From assembly GCF_004010195.1 (NCBI RefSeq), contig NC_057713.1:43734349-43798348 (forward strand): 64,000 nt of DNA, given 5' to 3'. The DNA is from Chiloscyllium plagiosum. Taxonomy: Eukaryota. Position numbers and translations under genes: made by a program. How positions within the stretch are numbered: the first letter of the stretch is position 1; each line of letters opens with the position of its first letter. This document shows positions 50,961 through 63,380 of this stretch, in pieces. The notes beneath the pieces are model-generated. The model was not told the origin of the DNA. It did no database searches and worked only from the letters and a program-made list of their open reading frames with translations.

Positions 50961-51679
50961 GATGGCAGAGGGAGATTCAATAGTCCTTGTCCACAGGATT
51001 CACTGAAATGAACAAAATCAAAAATGGATAAAAAAAATAGAAAACAGAAAACAGAGCTAACTCTTTGGATCCAATGACCTATTCAGAATTTCAGAACTTG
51101 TCTGAAAAAGGGTCACTGACCCAAAACACCAACCCTGTTTCTCTACACAGATGCTGCCAGACCTGCTGAGTTTTTACAGTCATTTCTGACTTTGTTTTTG
51201 ATTTCCAGCATCTACAGTTCTTTGGTTTTTTTTGTCTACTGAAATTAACTTTCTGGCTTGTTAGAACCTGATGCTTCTAAATCTTCCTACTCCAGGTACT
51301 TTCACATGTTAGCAGGAAGCACTGGGTGAGTGGTTCACTCTTATGACATTCCTAACTTATTGCTTAAGAGCCACTGCTTATACCAACTGAGGTGGGAACA
51401 TAAACTGGCTTTCTTCAGACTTCAGGAGCTTTTTACTATAGAGAGAAGATTAATTCCTTCCTTTCTAAAGGTCCAATGGTTTCTGAACAAATATTCAAAC
51501 CCTCAAGCTGTTCAGCTACCTGGAAGCCATCACACAAGTTGTTGGCAAGCAAAAAACCTTTGTCATCTACGACTGGTCACCATTCCTCAGACAAATCAGA
51601 TACCTATTCCGGGCAGAATCTCTATTCATATACAATCCTTGGATCCAGCTCATCTGCAACTAACTTTCTCCCCCACTTC

Positions 51680-51742
51680 GTGGGTGGCACGGTGGTTTGT
51701 TGGGCCGAAGCGCCTGTTTCCACACTGTAATCTAATCTAATC
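51680..51742 (+). mobile_element. Internally deleted HE1 SINE (head fused to tail)
   Basis: gtgggtggcacggtgg joined directly to ttgttgggccgaag...cacactgtaatctaatctaatc. Confidence 0.8.
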
Positions 51743-51914
51743 TTCTCAAACAAACAGTATTGTAAGGTAACTTGCTTTCCACAATCCTTGGTTTTTGAAA
51801 CTGTCCCTTTCCCTTTTCAGTCTAGAAGGTTTCTTCATTACAGAATAAAAAGATATTGTCATTACACAAGTTCCAGTAAACTGACACCAATATCTTATAC
51901 CATTGTCCGAATAA

Positions 51915-52237
51915 TGGATACCTTGAGTGTGGAAAGAGGCCATTTGGCCCATTGAGTCTACACTGACACTCCAAAGTGCATTTCACCCAGACACAGCTTA
52001 TCAGCGTAACCCCACATTTATCGTGGCTAATCCACCTAGCCTACATATCCCTGGACACTACGGACACTTAACCTTCCACACCTTGTGGGAGGAAACTGGA
52101 GCACCTGAAGGAAATCAATGCACATGGGGAGAATATGCAAACTTTATACAGAGAGAGACACCTAAGGCTGGATTTGAACTCGATTCCCTGGTGCTATGAG
52201 GCAGCAATGCTAACCACTGAGCTACTACGCTGCCCAC
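51915..52237 (-). mobile_element. Older HE1-like SINE
   Basis: Reverse-strand head gtgggcagcgtagtagctcagtggttagcattgctgcctc, plus core. Confidence 0.8.
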
Positions 52238-52730
52238 TGCTGTCTGGTTCAGCTGGTCTCACATGATAACTAAAATATGATGCACTATAAATTGATAATT
52301 AAATTTCAACATATTCAACGTTCCAACATTAATGCTGTACTAATTGAAAGTTGGACCACAACAGAATTCTCCATAATATAATCTCAGTGATTAAAAAGGT
52401 AATGAGTTATGATAGACATGTGAGGTTTGTAAATAGCACTAACCATTTAATAACTAAATACTATCAAAGGCATATTAATCATTAGCCTCTTACTATTGTT
52501 GAATAGAAATTTATTTCTTTCACATTATTAATCATTATCACATTAAAAGGCTTATGTTTAAACATATGTTAAAGGTGTTAAATCAGGAATTGCTGGTAAA
52601 TTGTTGAGTGCAGGATATCCAAACCTCAGTCACTATGACTTACACCAACATAAATCATAGAGCTTACAGTCTCTGATTTCTCTCTCTCTTTTTGTCCTCA
52701 TAGGAGAAACAAATGTAAGAGGTTCTAAGT

Positions 52731-53497
52731 TCAGATTAGAGTGGTACTGGAAAAGCACAGCAGGTCATGCAGCATCTGAGGAGCAGGAAAATCGACGTTA
52801 CGGGCAAAAAATTCTTCATCAGGAATGTAGGCAGGGAGTCTCCGGGGTGGGGAGATAAATGGGAGGGGGATGGGGCTGGGGAGAAAGTAGCCAAGAGTAC
52901 AATAGGTGGATGGAGGTGGGGATTCCTCAGCAGAGTGGGAGAGGGAGTTGAAATGTTGGTCCATGGGGTTGATTGGTGTGAGTGCCCCCGTGATGTTCCC
53001 TAAAGCGCTCTGCGAGAAGACGTCCAGTCTCCCCAATGGAAAGGGGCCTTGGATGGAGGTGAGGGGGAAGGTGTGGGCGCAGGTTTTGCAATTCCTGCAG
53101 TAGCAGGGGAAGGTGCCAGGAGGGCAGGGTGGGTTATTGGGAGGCATGGACCTGACCAGGTAGTCACGGAGGGAACGGTCTTTGCAGAAAGCGGAAAGGG
53201 GTGGGGAGGGAAATATATCCCTGGTGGTGGGGTCCGTTTGGAGGTGACCAAAATGTCGGCGGATGATGTGATTTATGCAAAGATTGGTATGGTGGAAGGT
53301 GAGGACCAGGGGGTTCTGTCCTTGTTGCGGTTGGAGGGGTCGGTTTTGAGGGCAGAGGTATGGGATGTGGATGAGATGCTTTGGAGGGCATCTTCAACCA
53401 CGTGGGAAGGGAAACTGCAGTCTTTGAAGAAGGAGGCCATCTGGTGTGTTTTGTGGTGGAACTGGTCCTCCTGGGAGCAGATATGGCAGAGGCAGAG
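52731..53497 (-). mobile_element. Penelope-like element fragment (same family as 3221-4171) with several internal deletions
   Basis: ICSQEDQFHHKTHQMA..., PCYCRNCKTC and QHFNSLSHSAE; hammerhead-like core at ~52794-52822. Confidence 0.88.
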
Positions 53498-53655
53498 GTA
53501 AGAGGTCCTAAGACCATTAAGACCCATGGAAGAGGTAGCTAATATGTTAGTCACATGAGAGGCAGTTGACAATTACAAGACTGTCATTTCAGCTGCACAT
53601 CGTAACTAAACAGTCAATACATACTTTGTGGAGGTGAGCATACCTCATCCAAAAG

Positions 53656-53712
53656 GTCCTACTCATCGAATGCTACCTGACCTACTGAGCTTTTCCAGCA
53701 CCACACTCTCGA
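53656..53712 (+). mobile_element. 57-bp PLE pLTR fragment, 12-bp TSD
   Basis: TSD ctcatccaaaag at 53644-53655 and 53713-53724. Confidence 0.75.
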
Positions 53713-55220
53713 CTCATCCAAAAGCATGTCAAACATTCGGTGGCATATTAGACCTCAGCTCTTTGGAGGCTTCAAATGTCCCAGGCTACCTCTCAGTAGT
53801 TATTTTTGTCTCTCCCAAGGCATGAGTATAAATTTCCTTCTCCACTGGCATCCCTAGGACAGGGGGACAAATCATGGCCAAAGTGTCACACCATATTTGC
53901 ACACCATTCACCAGCACAGAGACAGAAATCTCAGTAGATTAATGCACATGTTTGGATAGAATGGGACTGGATGAAGAGAACAGCACTAATGTGCAGGAAG
54001 TCGTGTCAGAAACGCTGGCTCGCGAAGATACTAGCTGCATCTCAGTAAAAGCCCTTTATATGCCATCAGAATGTAATCAAAGACGATGAGGATGTCACAT
54101 CATTTACAGCACCACCATCATCCCTGGTCTCCTCAAACCATCTGACAGAAGGACCTTGTGTACATCAGAACATGATGAAGGCCATCTTTTCAGTTTTGCA
54201 AGTACAACAGTCCTATTAAAGCGGTCCAGCTACATCCAGGATGGCAATACTTTGAGACAGCATTGCAGTATGGATGCATGAATTTTATGGCCTCCTTCTG
54301 GGCTTCCATTACAGCACTCAAGACATTGGTTAGCTTTCACTTGTGCTGTAGTGGTAATTGAGACAGAGGCAATCAGACACTCCATTACATCTGAGTCTAC
54401 AAAAACCATCATGGAATTCACTCTGGATTGCACGATAGAAAGGATGCTCCAAGCTCTGCTTAATACCTTTATGTTATGTTGGAGCCAGACTCGTTCATAT
54501 TCCTTTCTAGTAATAAAAGGTGGTCTGTTAGGCCAGCTGATGCACCAAGGCATCTTGTTATGCATGCTCATCAATTTTCTGCGTATGTTGTCCCATAAAG
54601 TCCTCATCTGAGTTCCCTGCTGCAGAATTCATCTGAGATCTTGTGTTCTGGTGAGCTGGTACATGGGCCACTCTTTCCCTTGTGTTTGCCTGCAGCTCAT
54701 ACATATATGATGATTTACCACATGCAGATTATAATTCTATAATAACCTCTAATGTACATGCAGTGCCAATATACTTGCCAATGGCTGCAAATATTATATC
54801 AAATGACTGATCTTCCTCTTCATAAGTGCAGGGTTTTTCTTTCTCTTTCTTGTTGGGGTGCATCAGTTGTCCAACTGACAATGTTAAAATCATACAATCA
54901 TAATGGGAGTGTTCAAGGGAGGGATGGGTGCAGGATCCATGGTTGCACAATATACAGCTTTTACTGTATCTTAGGATAAGAGATTTGAGATGATACATTA
55001 GGCAGTAATTTTTTTGTAATCCTCAAAGGCATTGGCAAAATCAAATGCTTTGAGATAATTTGCAATCAGTACACACTCTCCAATATGTGAACTTTCTCAC
55101 AGATTTAAATTAGAAACAGGAGGTGTGTGGCTTTCTACATCTCCTGGGGTTGGGAGTTTTGAGGTGAAAGATGGCAAGTTCCTTTTGATAAAACATCAGT
55201 TAAAGCTCAGTTGACTGTTA

Positions 55221-55885
55221 ACTAAGGTCTGTTCCCTGAGGTGGGGGAGTCCAGAACTAGACAGTGTAGATTTAGGGTGAGAGGGCAGAAATTTAAAAGG
55301 GACCTAAGGAGCAACTTTTTCTCGCAGAAGGTAGTGAGTGTATGGCATGAGCTGGGAGAGGGAATGGTGGAAGCTGGTACAATTAGTGGGCGGCACGGTG
55401 GCACAGTAGTTAGCACTGCTGCCTCACAGCGCCAAAGACCCGGTTTCAATTCCCGCCTCAGGCGACTGACTGTGTGGAGTTTGCACGTTCTCCCCGTGTC
55501 TGCGTGGGTTTCCTCCGGGTGCTCCGGTTTCCTCCCACAGTCCAAAGATGTGCAGGGTCAGGTGATTGGCCATACTAAATTGCCCGTTGTATTAGGTAAG
55601 GGGTAAATGTAGGGGTATGGGTGGGTTTCGCTTCGGCGGGTCGGTGTGGACTTGTTGGGCTGAAGGGCCTGTTTCCACACTGTAATCTAATCTAATCTAA
55701 TCTAATCTAATCTAATTACAACATTTAAAAGGTATCTGGATAGGTATATGAATAGGAAGGGTTTAGATGGATATGGACCAAGGGCTGGCAAATAGGACTA
55801 GATTAGATTAGGATATCTGGTCAGCATGGACAAGTTAGACGGAAGGGTCTGTTTCCATGCTGTACATCCCCATGACTCTATGACT
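55221..55885 (+). mobile_element. HER1/CR1 LINE 3' end
   Basis: ESRTR...FRVRG.KFKRDLRSNFFSQKVV..W; tail catgactctatgact. Confidence 0.88.
55386..55716 (+). mobile_element. Young full-length HE1-type SINE nested in the LINE 3' end
   Basis: Nearly identical to 24241-24561; (aatct)n tail; short aatta duplication at the flanks. Confidence 0.92.
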
Positions 55886-56019
55886 AATCCATTTGTGGTC
55901 AGGTGATGCTTGTGATCATTTTAAGTCAAGTGTTTTTCATTACGGTTATGACCATTTCAGTCCGTGGAAGTCCCAGGTACGAAATTGGTCAGTGTGATTT
56001 AAAAATTATTAGTCCATAT

Positions 56020-56619
56020 TGTTATGAACCAGTCAAAACATTTCAAGAAGACAACTCAGACCCTAATTTTTCTAGCTGTTTTAAGCAAGTGTATAGTGGA
56101 TTTTCCAGGTGTGATGCAGCTAGTCAATCCTCCTCAATTTTCAACAAAACACAATGTATTTACAGAATACCGAATGAAACACAAACAAAAGAGAATACAG
56201 AATAACTTAACTTATCCGAAAACCCAATAGACTACCCCAACTTAATGATGCTGTTCCAAGTTCCTTCAACAATTCCCATAAACAACCCTTGGCAAAAAAA
56301 AGGGAAAATGAAACACAGGGTCTTACAGGAGAGAGATGGCAGAGAGATTCAGTATGGAAAACCTTCTTCCATGTAGCTGATTCTTTGACAAGCTGCCTCA
56401 AAGAACTGACTGCTTGCTAAAACCAAACCAAACCAAATCAAAGAAAAACTGAGCTAGGAGAACTGGCCACTCTCCTTTCATTGTACAAGTGCTTGTTTAA
56501 AAACTTAAAGAGCTTCTTCAAGTAGATAAATACAAACAAAATGAAACCTCTGTCTTTACAATCCCTCTGAAAAAAATCCAAGGACAACCTAACCTTGTTA
56601 AAGGAGCAGCATCATCACA
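56020..56619 (-). mobile_element. 3' LTR (600 bp) of the Gmr1-like gypsy element
   Basis: Ends tgttatga...tcatcaca; polypurine tract ggggggggaag on the minus strand immediately adjacent (56620-56630). Confidence 0.85.
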
Positions 56620-59600
56620 CTTCCCCCCCCATAAAAAAACTGAACCGTCAATATTCAAAGATGGCTTCATTTTAAAACCCCCTTAATCTTACACTGCTGG
56701 TACACACAACATATGTACACATTACATTGACGATAATCATACAAACATGCACACTAAATTCTATTACAATCTGTATTACTCCTGCCACTGAACTCTTCCG
56801 TTTCTCATTCAAGTCTCGACAATGCATCAGCAATCATGTTTCCTCATCCTGCCCCATGTACAGTTTTCAAATTGAATGGCTGTAACAACAAGCTCCATCT
56901 AAACAGTCTGGAATTTTTGTCATTAAATTTCTCTACAACCTTCAATGGATTATGATCAGTGTATGTAATTGTCTCAGATACATTACTGGTAACATAAACA
57001 TTGAAATGTTGTAACGCCAACATCAAGCTCAAAGTCTCCTTCTCAACTGTTGAATATTTCTGCTAATTAATGTTCAATTTCCTGGAGAAATACCTGATGG
57101 GTCTTCCTATTTCCTCGTTACGCACAGCACCAACATCCACATCACTTGCATGATAGCCAACTAGAATGGCTTTGCGTAATTAACTGTGGCTAACATTGGG
57201 GCAGTGATTAACACGGCTTTCAGGCGTCAAATGCCTTCCGACAGTCCACTTCCAGTGAAACTCCTTGCCTTTCTTTAGCAATTCAGTAAGTGGAGCAGCC
57301 ACACTGCTAAAAGTTGGTATAAATTTAAGATAAAATCCACTCAATCCCAGGAATTATAGTACTGCTTGTTTTATCGATGATCTGGGAAACTCCCCAGTTA
57401 CTTTTGTTTTTGCATCCCGTGGGGTTATTTGTCCATGTCTAATAACATGGCCCGGGAAGGTGACTTGCGCTTTGGCAAATGCACTTTTAGCTAGGTTTAT
57501 CACCAAGTCTGCCTTCAGAAGTCGATTGAACAATTCCGATAAATGTTGCAAATGTTCCTTCCATGTGTGATTAAAAATCACCAGGTCATCTACCTATACG
57601 ACACAACTGGGTAATCCAGAAATGACCTATTTGTTTGGTCTTTGAAATGTGGTTGGTGCATTAACTGATACAGTCCAATCAGCCTTACAAAAGCTGAAAT
57701 TGTCTTCACTGCCAGGATCCTCTGAGCAAATCCAACTTAGAAGTAAAAGTTATTTGCCCCACCTTTTCAATATAGTCTTCCAAACATGGAAACATAATAT
57801 GCATCAGTCTTTGTAACTGCATTGACTTTGCGATAGTCTACACATAACCGTTGGGTACCATCTGGTTTTGGCACCATTACCATGGGTGAGCTCCAGCCAC
57901 TATAACTCATTCAAATTATGTCATCTTGGAGCATGCATTCAATCTCCTTTTGAACCTGTGCCAACTTTGGAGGGTTATGCCTACAAGGATGTTGCTTAAT
58001 TGGAACAGCATCTCCTGTATCTACATTTTGCATAATTAGGTTAGTACTTCCCAGCTTATTTCCACATATCTCCCCATGCAATCGCAATAACTCTTTCAGG
58101 TCATTTTGATTTTTCTCTGAAAGGTAACTCCTCAATAAGTTATCCCAATTTTTGACAACTTCCTCATTGTCGAATTTAATTTAAGGAATGTCCGATTCAG
58201 AATCCTCTGAACTTAGTTCGTCATTCTGTGTTGTAACCAATAACACAGTCTCCCTTTGTTTTCCTTCCCTGTCAAAATACCTTTTAAGCATATCCCACAA
58301 CACACCCTGAGAGATTTCTTTCTGTCTGGAGTTCTTGCCAAATTATTCAATCGCCTTTCAACTTGATAAGGTCCACTAAACCTTGCTTTTAAAGGTTCAC
58401 CGACTGCTGGAAGTAACACAACACCTTATCTCCAATAGTAAATTGCAAGTTTTTGATTTCTTGTCTGCTTCCTGTTTCACTGTATGCTGTGATACTTTTA
58501 AATGCTGTCTAGCCAACTTCCTCACTCTAATTAATCATTCCCTGAAATCTGATACATAGTCCAAAAATGTGGTCTCTGAATTCTGACTTACCAATTTCTC
58601 CTTAATCAGTTTTAGTGGTCCTCTCACTTCCTGCCCACAAACTAATTCAAATGGCTTGAATTTGGTCGATCCATTTGGTGAATATCTGATCGCAAAAAGT
58701 ACAAACAGAATTCCCTTATCCCAATCATCTGGATAGTCCTGACTATAAGCCCTCAACATGATCTTTAATGTCTGATGCCACCTTTCTAGCGCTCCCTGCG
58801 ATTCTGGATGGTAAGTAGTAGATTTGAGTTGTTTTATTCATAAGCTGCCCATAACTTACTTGAATAATTTCGATGTGAAGTTTGACCCTTGATCTGATTG
58901 TATCTCTGTGGGTAGTCCATATCTAGTGATAATTTTGAGTAACTCCTCTACATCCTTTTAGCTGTGATATTGCGTAATGGAATGGCGTCTGGAAATCTAC
59001 TAGGCACATATTATTGTTAACAAATACTGATTGCCACTTTTTGTTTTAGGTAGGGGTTCTACGCAATCAATTAAGACTTTTGTAAAAGGTTCCTCAAATG
59101 CAGGAATAGGTATCTAAGATGCAGGTTTTATTACTGCCTGTGCTTTTCCAATTATCTGACATATGTGACATATCTGGCAAAATTCAACTACACCTTTGTG
59201 CAGTCCAGGCCAAAAAAACTGTTTTTGTATTTCAGCTTGGGTTTTTCTTACCTCTAAATGATCCCATTTTGGTAGTTTGTGTGCTACCCGCAACACCTCC
59301 TTTCTGTAGCCCACTGGCAATACGACTTGATGAACTTCTGCCCATTTCTCATCTGGAGACCTGTGATGGTCTCCATTTCCTCACCAACACATCATTCTTA
59401 AGATAGCAGCATTCAGGGATATATCTAGATTCTTCTTCCAAGTATGCTTTTTGATACAATTGGTTTAGTTTCTCATCTTTCTGCTGTAATTTAGTTAATT
59501 TCTCTGAATTAAAGATGTCTGCTTTGACATCTATTTGCTCCTGGTTTGTCTCAACCATTTGATCAAACAGGGTCTCTGCTAATTCCATTTCAACTTTCTT

Positions 59601-59850
59601 ATCTGTACTCTTTGATCTCTCCTGGTTCAACTGGTGACATTGTGACCTCATTACCACACAGTCAGGAAAAATCCCAGGATATGCGTCTTTTAATAGTTCA
59701 GTTGCCTGAGTTTCCAATGGCTTTCCAAACACAGTAGGCAGCACACCTACCTGTTAAGCAGCTAAATCATTAGCAAGGACAAATTGTATTCCCGGAGCTG
59801 AGAGTTTGCCCCGTACTCCTACCACAACTTCTCCACTCTTCACCTCACTC
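56620..59850 (-). mobile_element. Gmr1-like Ty3/gypsy internal region, decayed pol in the order IN-RT-RNase H, 5' truncated
   Basis: H2C2 zinc finger (59114-59320), IDCV, QSDQGSNF and YHPESQGALER (~58760-59080), then [16 protein letters not shown] and VDDL RT motifs (~57350-58000), then ALQHF and TDHNPL RNase H (~56850-57200). Confidence 0.9.
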
Positions 59851-60339
59851 TACATAATTCAGCACTTCTTGATAATAATATTTATTATTGTTGTGACAAT
59901 TGACCTTGTGTGTGTTAAACAACCTTTGGCACTGCTACCAAGTTCACAGAGTTAAACTCCTCACATTATTTGCTCTTGGCATCTACTCCCACCTACACCT
60001 CTTAGATGTCTGACATGTCTCCCTCCAAAGAAACTCCAAAGAAAAATAGCCTTCCTCATTCCTCATTCAGACCACCTGTACACTACTACCTCCAAAACAG
60101 TATGATGATCTTACTGGAGTCCACTCTCTGCCTGGTATACCATGCTCCTTTGACTGTATCAATATCAGTTATTTGCAGCTTTCACATACCAACTGAAGCC
60201 TCCTCTTCAAGGGGAAAGACTTTCTTAAAGAACTAGAGTCTACTTTAAACACCTATTAACCTTATATAGACTTTAAGTTATGGCAACAACAGGGTTGTGA
60301 ATGCAAAAATAGAGATTATTTGATGCATTAAATTCATGC

Positions 60340-61560
60340 TGGCATTGGAACAATCCATTGAGATTTATTACCCCACGGCTTATTTCCCTCAAATGTTCAT
60401 TGAATTTATTTTAAAGTTATCAATCAAACTCCTTCCAGCACTTTTGTAGGTAGCAAGATCTAGGTCAATACACATCACTGCATAAAAAAAAAATTCTATC
60501 ACATAATCCCCATTGCATTGCATGAAGAAAACCTTAAATCTATATTCCAAAGTTCTTCATCAGTTAATGGGAACAGCTTTCCTTTACCTACCTTAACTAA
60601 ACTTGCTATAATGTTGTGTATGTTTATCAAATATCTCCTTAATCACTTTGCTCCAAAGAGAATACTATCAGCTTTTCCAACTTCACCTTGTTACCAAAAT
60701 TTCTAAGATTTGGGACCAATCTGGTAAATTTCGTCTACACTCATTCAAGGACGCTCACATCATTCCTAAGTCTATAGACTTCTTGCGGTGCATGCAGCCA
60801 TCAGCAATGTGGATCATATAGAGCTACATGCAATGATTATTTAAATGAAGCAGCACAAAATTTAACTGGTGATGAGGGGTCTCAATCTTAGACATTATAC
60901 ACCACTAGTCAGAATCTGCTAACAATGACCTATTTATTCTGACTCGCTGCTTTCTGTCTGTTAGCAATCTTTCATCCATGCCAGCATATCACCTCTAATA
61001 CCACATGCATTAATTTTGCTAACTAACGTACTGTGGGGAACCTTACCAAAATGCTTCTGAAAATCCAAATATATTACATCCATCAACTCATTTTATCTAT
61101 CTTGCAATTTTGATACTAACATTCTCAAAGAACACAAGAAAGTTTGTCCAATATGTTTTTCCATTCAAATTCATGCTGCCAATGCCCAATCAGATAATTT
61201 TTTAAATCCAAGTATCCATTTATCATGTCTTTCATGACAGATTCTAGCATTTCCCCTACTACTTACTGTAGTTCCCTGCATTTGCCCTTGCTCTCTTCTT
61301 AAATAATGGAGTGATATTTCCATGCTTCCAATCTGCAAGAATCAATCCAGAATGTATGGAATTTTCAAAGACTGTCTCCATTATAACAGCCCTCAACACT
61401 CTGGATTGTAGATTACTAGGTGCTGAGGACTTAAATACTTCCAACCTTGTTGATTTCTCTAGAATATCCTTCTTACTAATATTAATTTCCTTCAACTCGT
61501 CATTATCCCTCATCACTTGAATCCATAAGTCTGGGAGGTTTTTCCAATTTTTCTTAGCAG
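60340..61560 (-). mobile_element. Degraded CR1-clade LINE fragments
   Basis: ORF 61259-61567 has DWKHGNITPLFKK...AGNY; D..YLDFQKHF.KVPH near 61040-61080. Confidence 0.8.
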
Positions 61561-62279
61561 TAACCATTTAACTTCTTTGCCAGTAAAGTTCATTTTTTGA
61601 ATGTAGACCAAGAAACACAATTCCAGATTCCAGGAAATTTATTTAATTATAACAGGGTTGAATAGAGTCCCCTCCAATAAACACAGCAAAAGCTATTCAG
61701 AATAACTATACTTATCATTCACTTATGAAAAAGAAAATGCAAGGTTCTACACTCACTGCTTAGATGAAAATTTATTGTTTAAGGAATTTATCTGCACAAC
61801 ATATTGATTTCTGTAGCCACAAAACTCTAATTTTACTTTAAAAATTAAACTTCAGGCTGGCTTTTATTTATCTTTTCATATTTAACAGAAACCAGATGAG
61901 CATTAAAGAGGTGAATAAGAAAGACATTCACCAACATTAAATCAAATGCATTTTGAATCACAATATGTTCAAAATTCAGAGGTCAATCAGCATCTGTCCA
62001 CAAAAAGGATGGGTTATAAAGTTTCAGATTTAAGACCTTCATCACACCAAGAACACAACCTGACTGTTCTGCTTACAGCTTTTATTTTATTAATTCAAAG
62101 AAAGACAGCTTTCATCATTGGGTTGTTTTCAATATAATAATGCTCCAGAACTCCTTCAGAATCAGCTTCAAAGCAAGCAGACTGTACTAACTTATTTAAA
62201 TCTCGATCTGTTTCATGTGCCACAGATTTCTTTTGAACAGTTCTCATCATTAAATTGCATTTGGCTCTCTTAACATATG

Positions 62280-62640
62280 CTTGAAGTATTAAAGTGACCT
62301 TTCATTATGGACTTTGTTCAGCCATTGCTCTGGTCAGTACAAATGATGGAAAAATACCCAGAACCTGTTCATGCAATTTTTCCACCTCTTTAGCCTCCCT
62401 CTGACTTTCTGTGATTATAGGCGAAATTATAACTTCAGCTCCAACTAAAACATTCTCCAGGAGTAAAGCAACTCTGTCCACACGCAAACTCTTAAACCCA
62501 ATTACTAATAATTTACACAATGGAACCCAGATATTTTCCCCACTTATTACATTTATGAACATATTGGCCTTCTTTGATCTCTCTGAAGGATAACTTTAAT
62601 CCCGGCTTGGGCTTATAACAGGCAAATAGAATTCATCCAC
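62280..62640 (-). mobile_element. Gypsy (Gmr1-like) protease-linker remnant
   Basis: LGIFPSFVLTRAMA resembles YPGIFPDCVVMRSQ in the element at ~59650-59690. Confidence 0.55.
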
Positions 62641-63380
62641 AAGTACCAAACAATAACCATTTTGAACAATAAAAAGTCAATTAATGACATCACCATCATT
62701 GAATTCCCCACTGTCCTGTGGGGATCCTTTTGCTAGAAACTGAATTAGACTAGTTATATAAGTATTTTTGGCTACAAGAGCAGGTCAGAGGTGAGGAATC
62801 CTACAGCAAGTAACCCACGTCCTGACTCTCCAAAGCCCATCCACTATCTCCAAAGCACAGGTCAGGAGTATATTGGAATAGTGCTCACTTGCCTGGAAAA
62901 GTGTAGCTCCAACAACATTCTTGAAGCTTGATGCCATCTCAGACAAAGCAGCCTGTTTGATTGGCACAAACTTACAAATATTCAGTCCCTCCACCACCAA
63001 CACTCAGCAACAATAGTTTGCACCATCTATAAGACAAACTACAGAAATTCACCAATGCTCCCTCGACAGCACCTTCTACTACTAATATCTAAGACAAGGG
63101 CAGCAGATACATGGAAACCCCACCACCTGCACGTTCCCCTCCAAGCCTCTGTCAATCATGACTTGAAAATATACTGCTTGACACTGTATCAAAATCCTAG
63201 AACTCTCTCCTTAATGGCATTGTGGGTGTACCTACATCAAATGGACTGCAGCGGTTCAAGGAAGCAACTCACCACCACGAGGCAACTCACCATCACCAAC
63301 TCACTATCACCAACTCACTTGGATGGGCAATAAATGCAGTCACAGCCAGCGACCCCTACATCCCATGAATGAATGGAAAA
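62640..63380 (+). mobile_element. CR1/L2-clade LINE 3' end (second family)
   Basis: Collinear with 35800-36580 (KAQVRSILE...; end cccctacatcccatgaatgaat). Confidence 0.78.
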
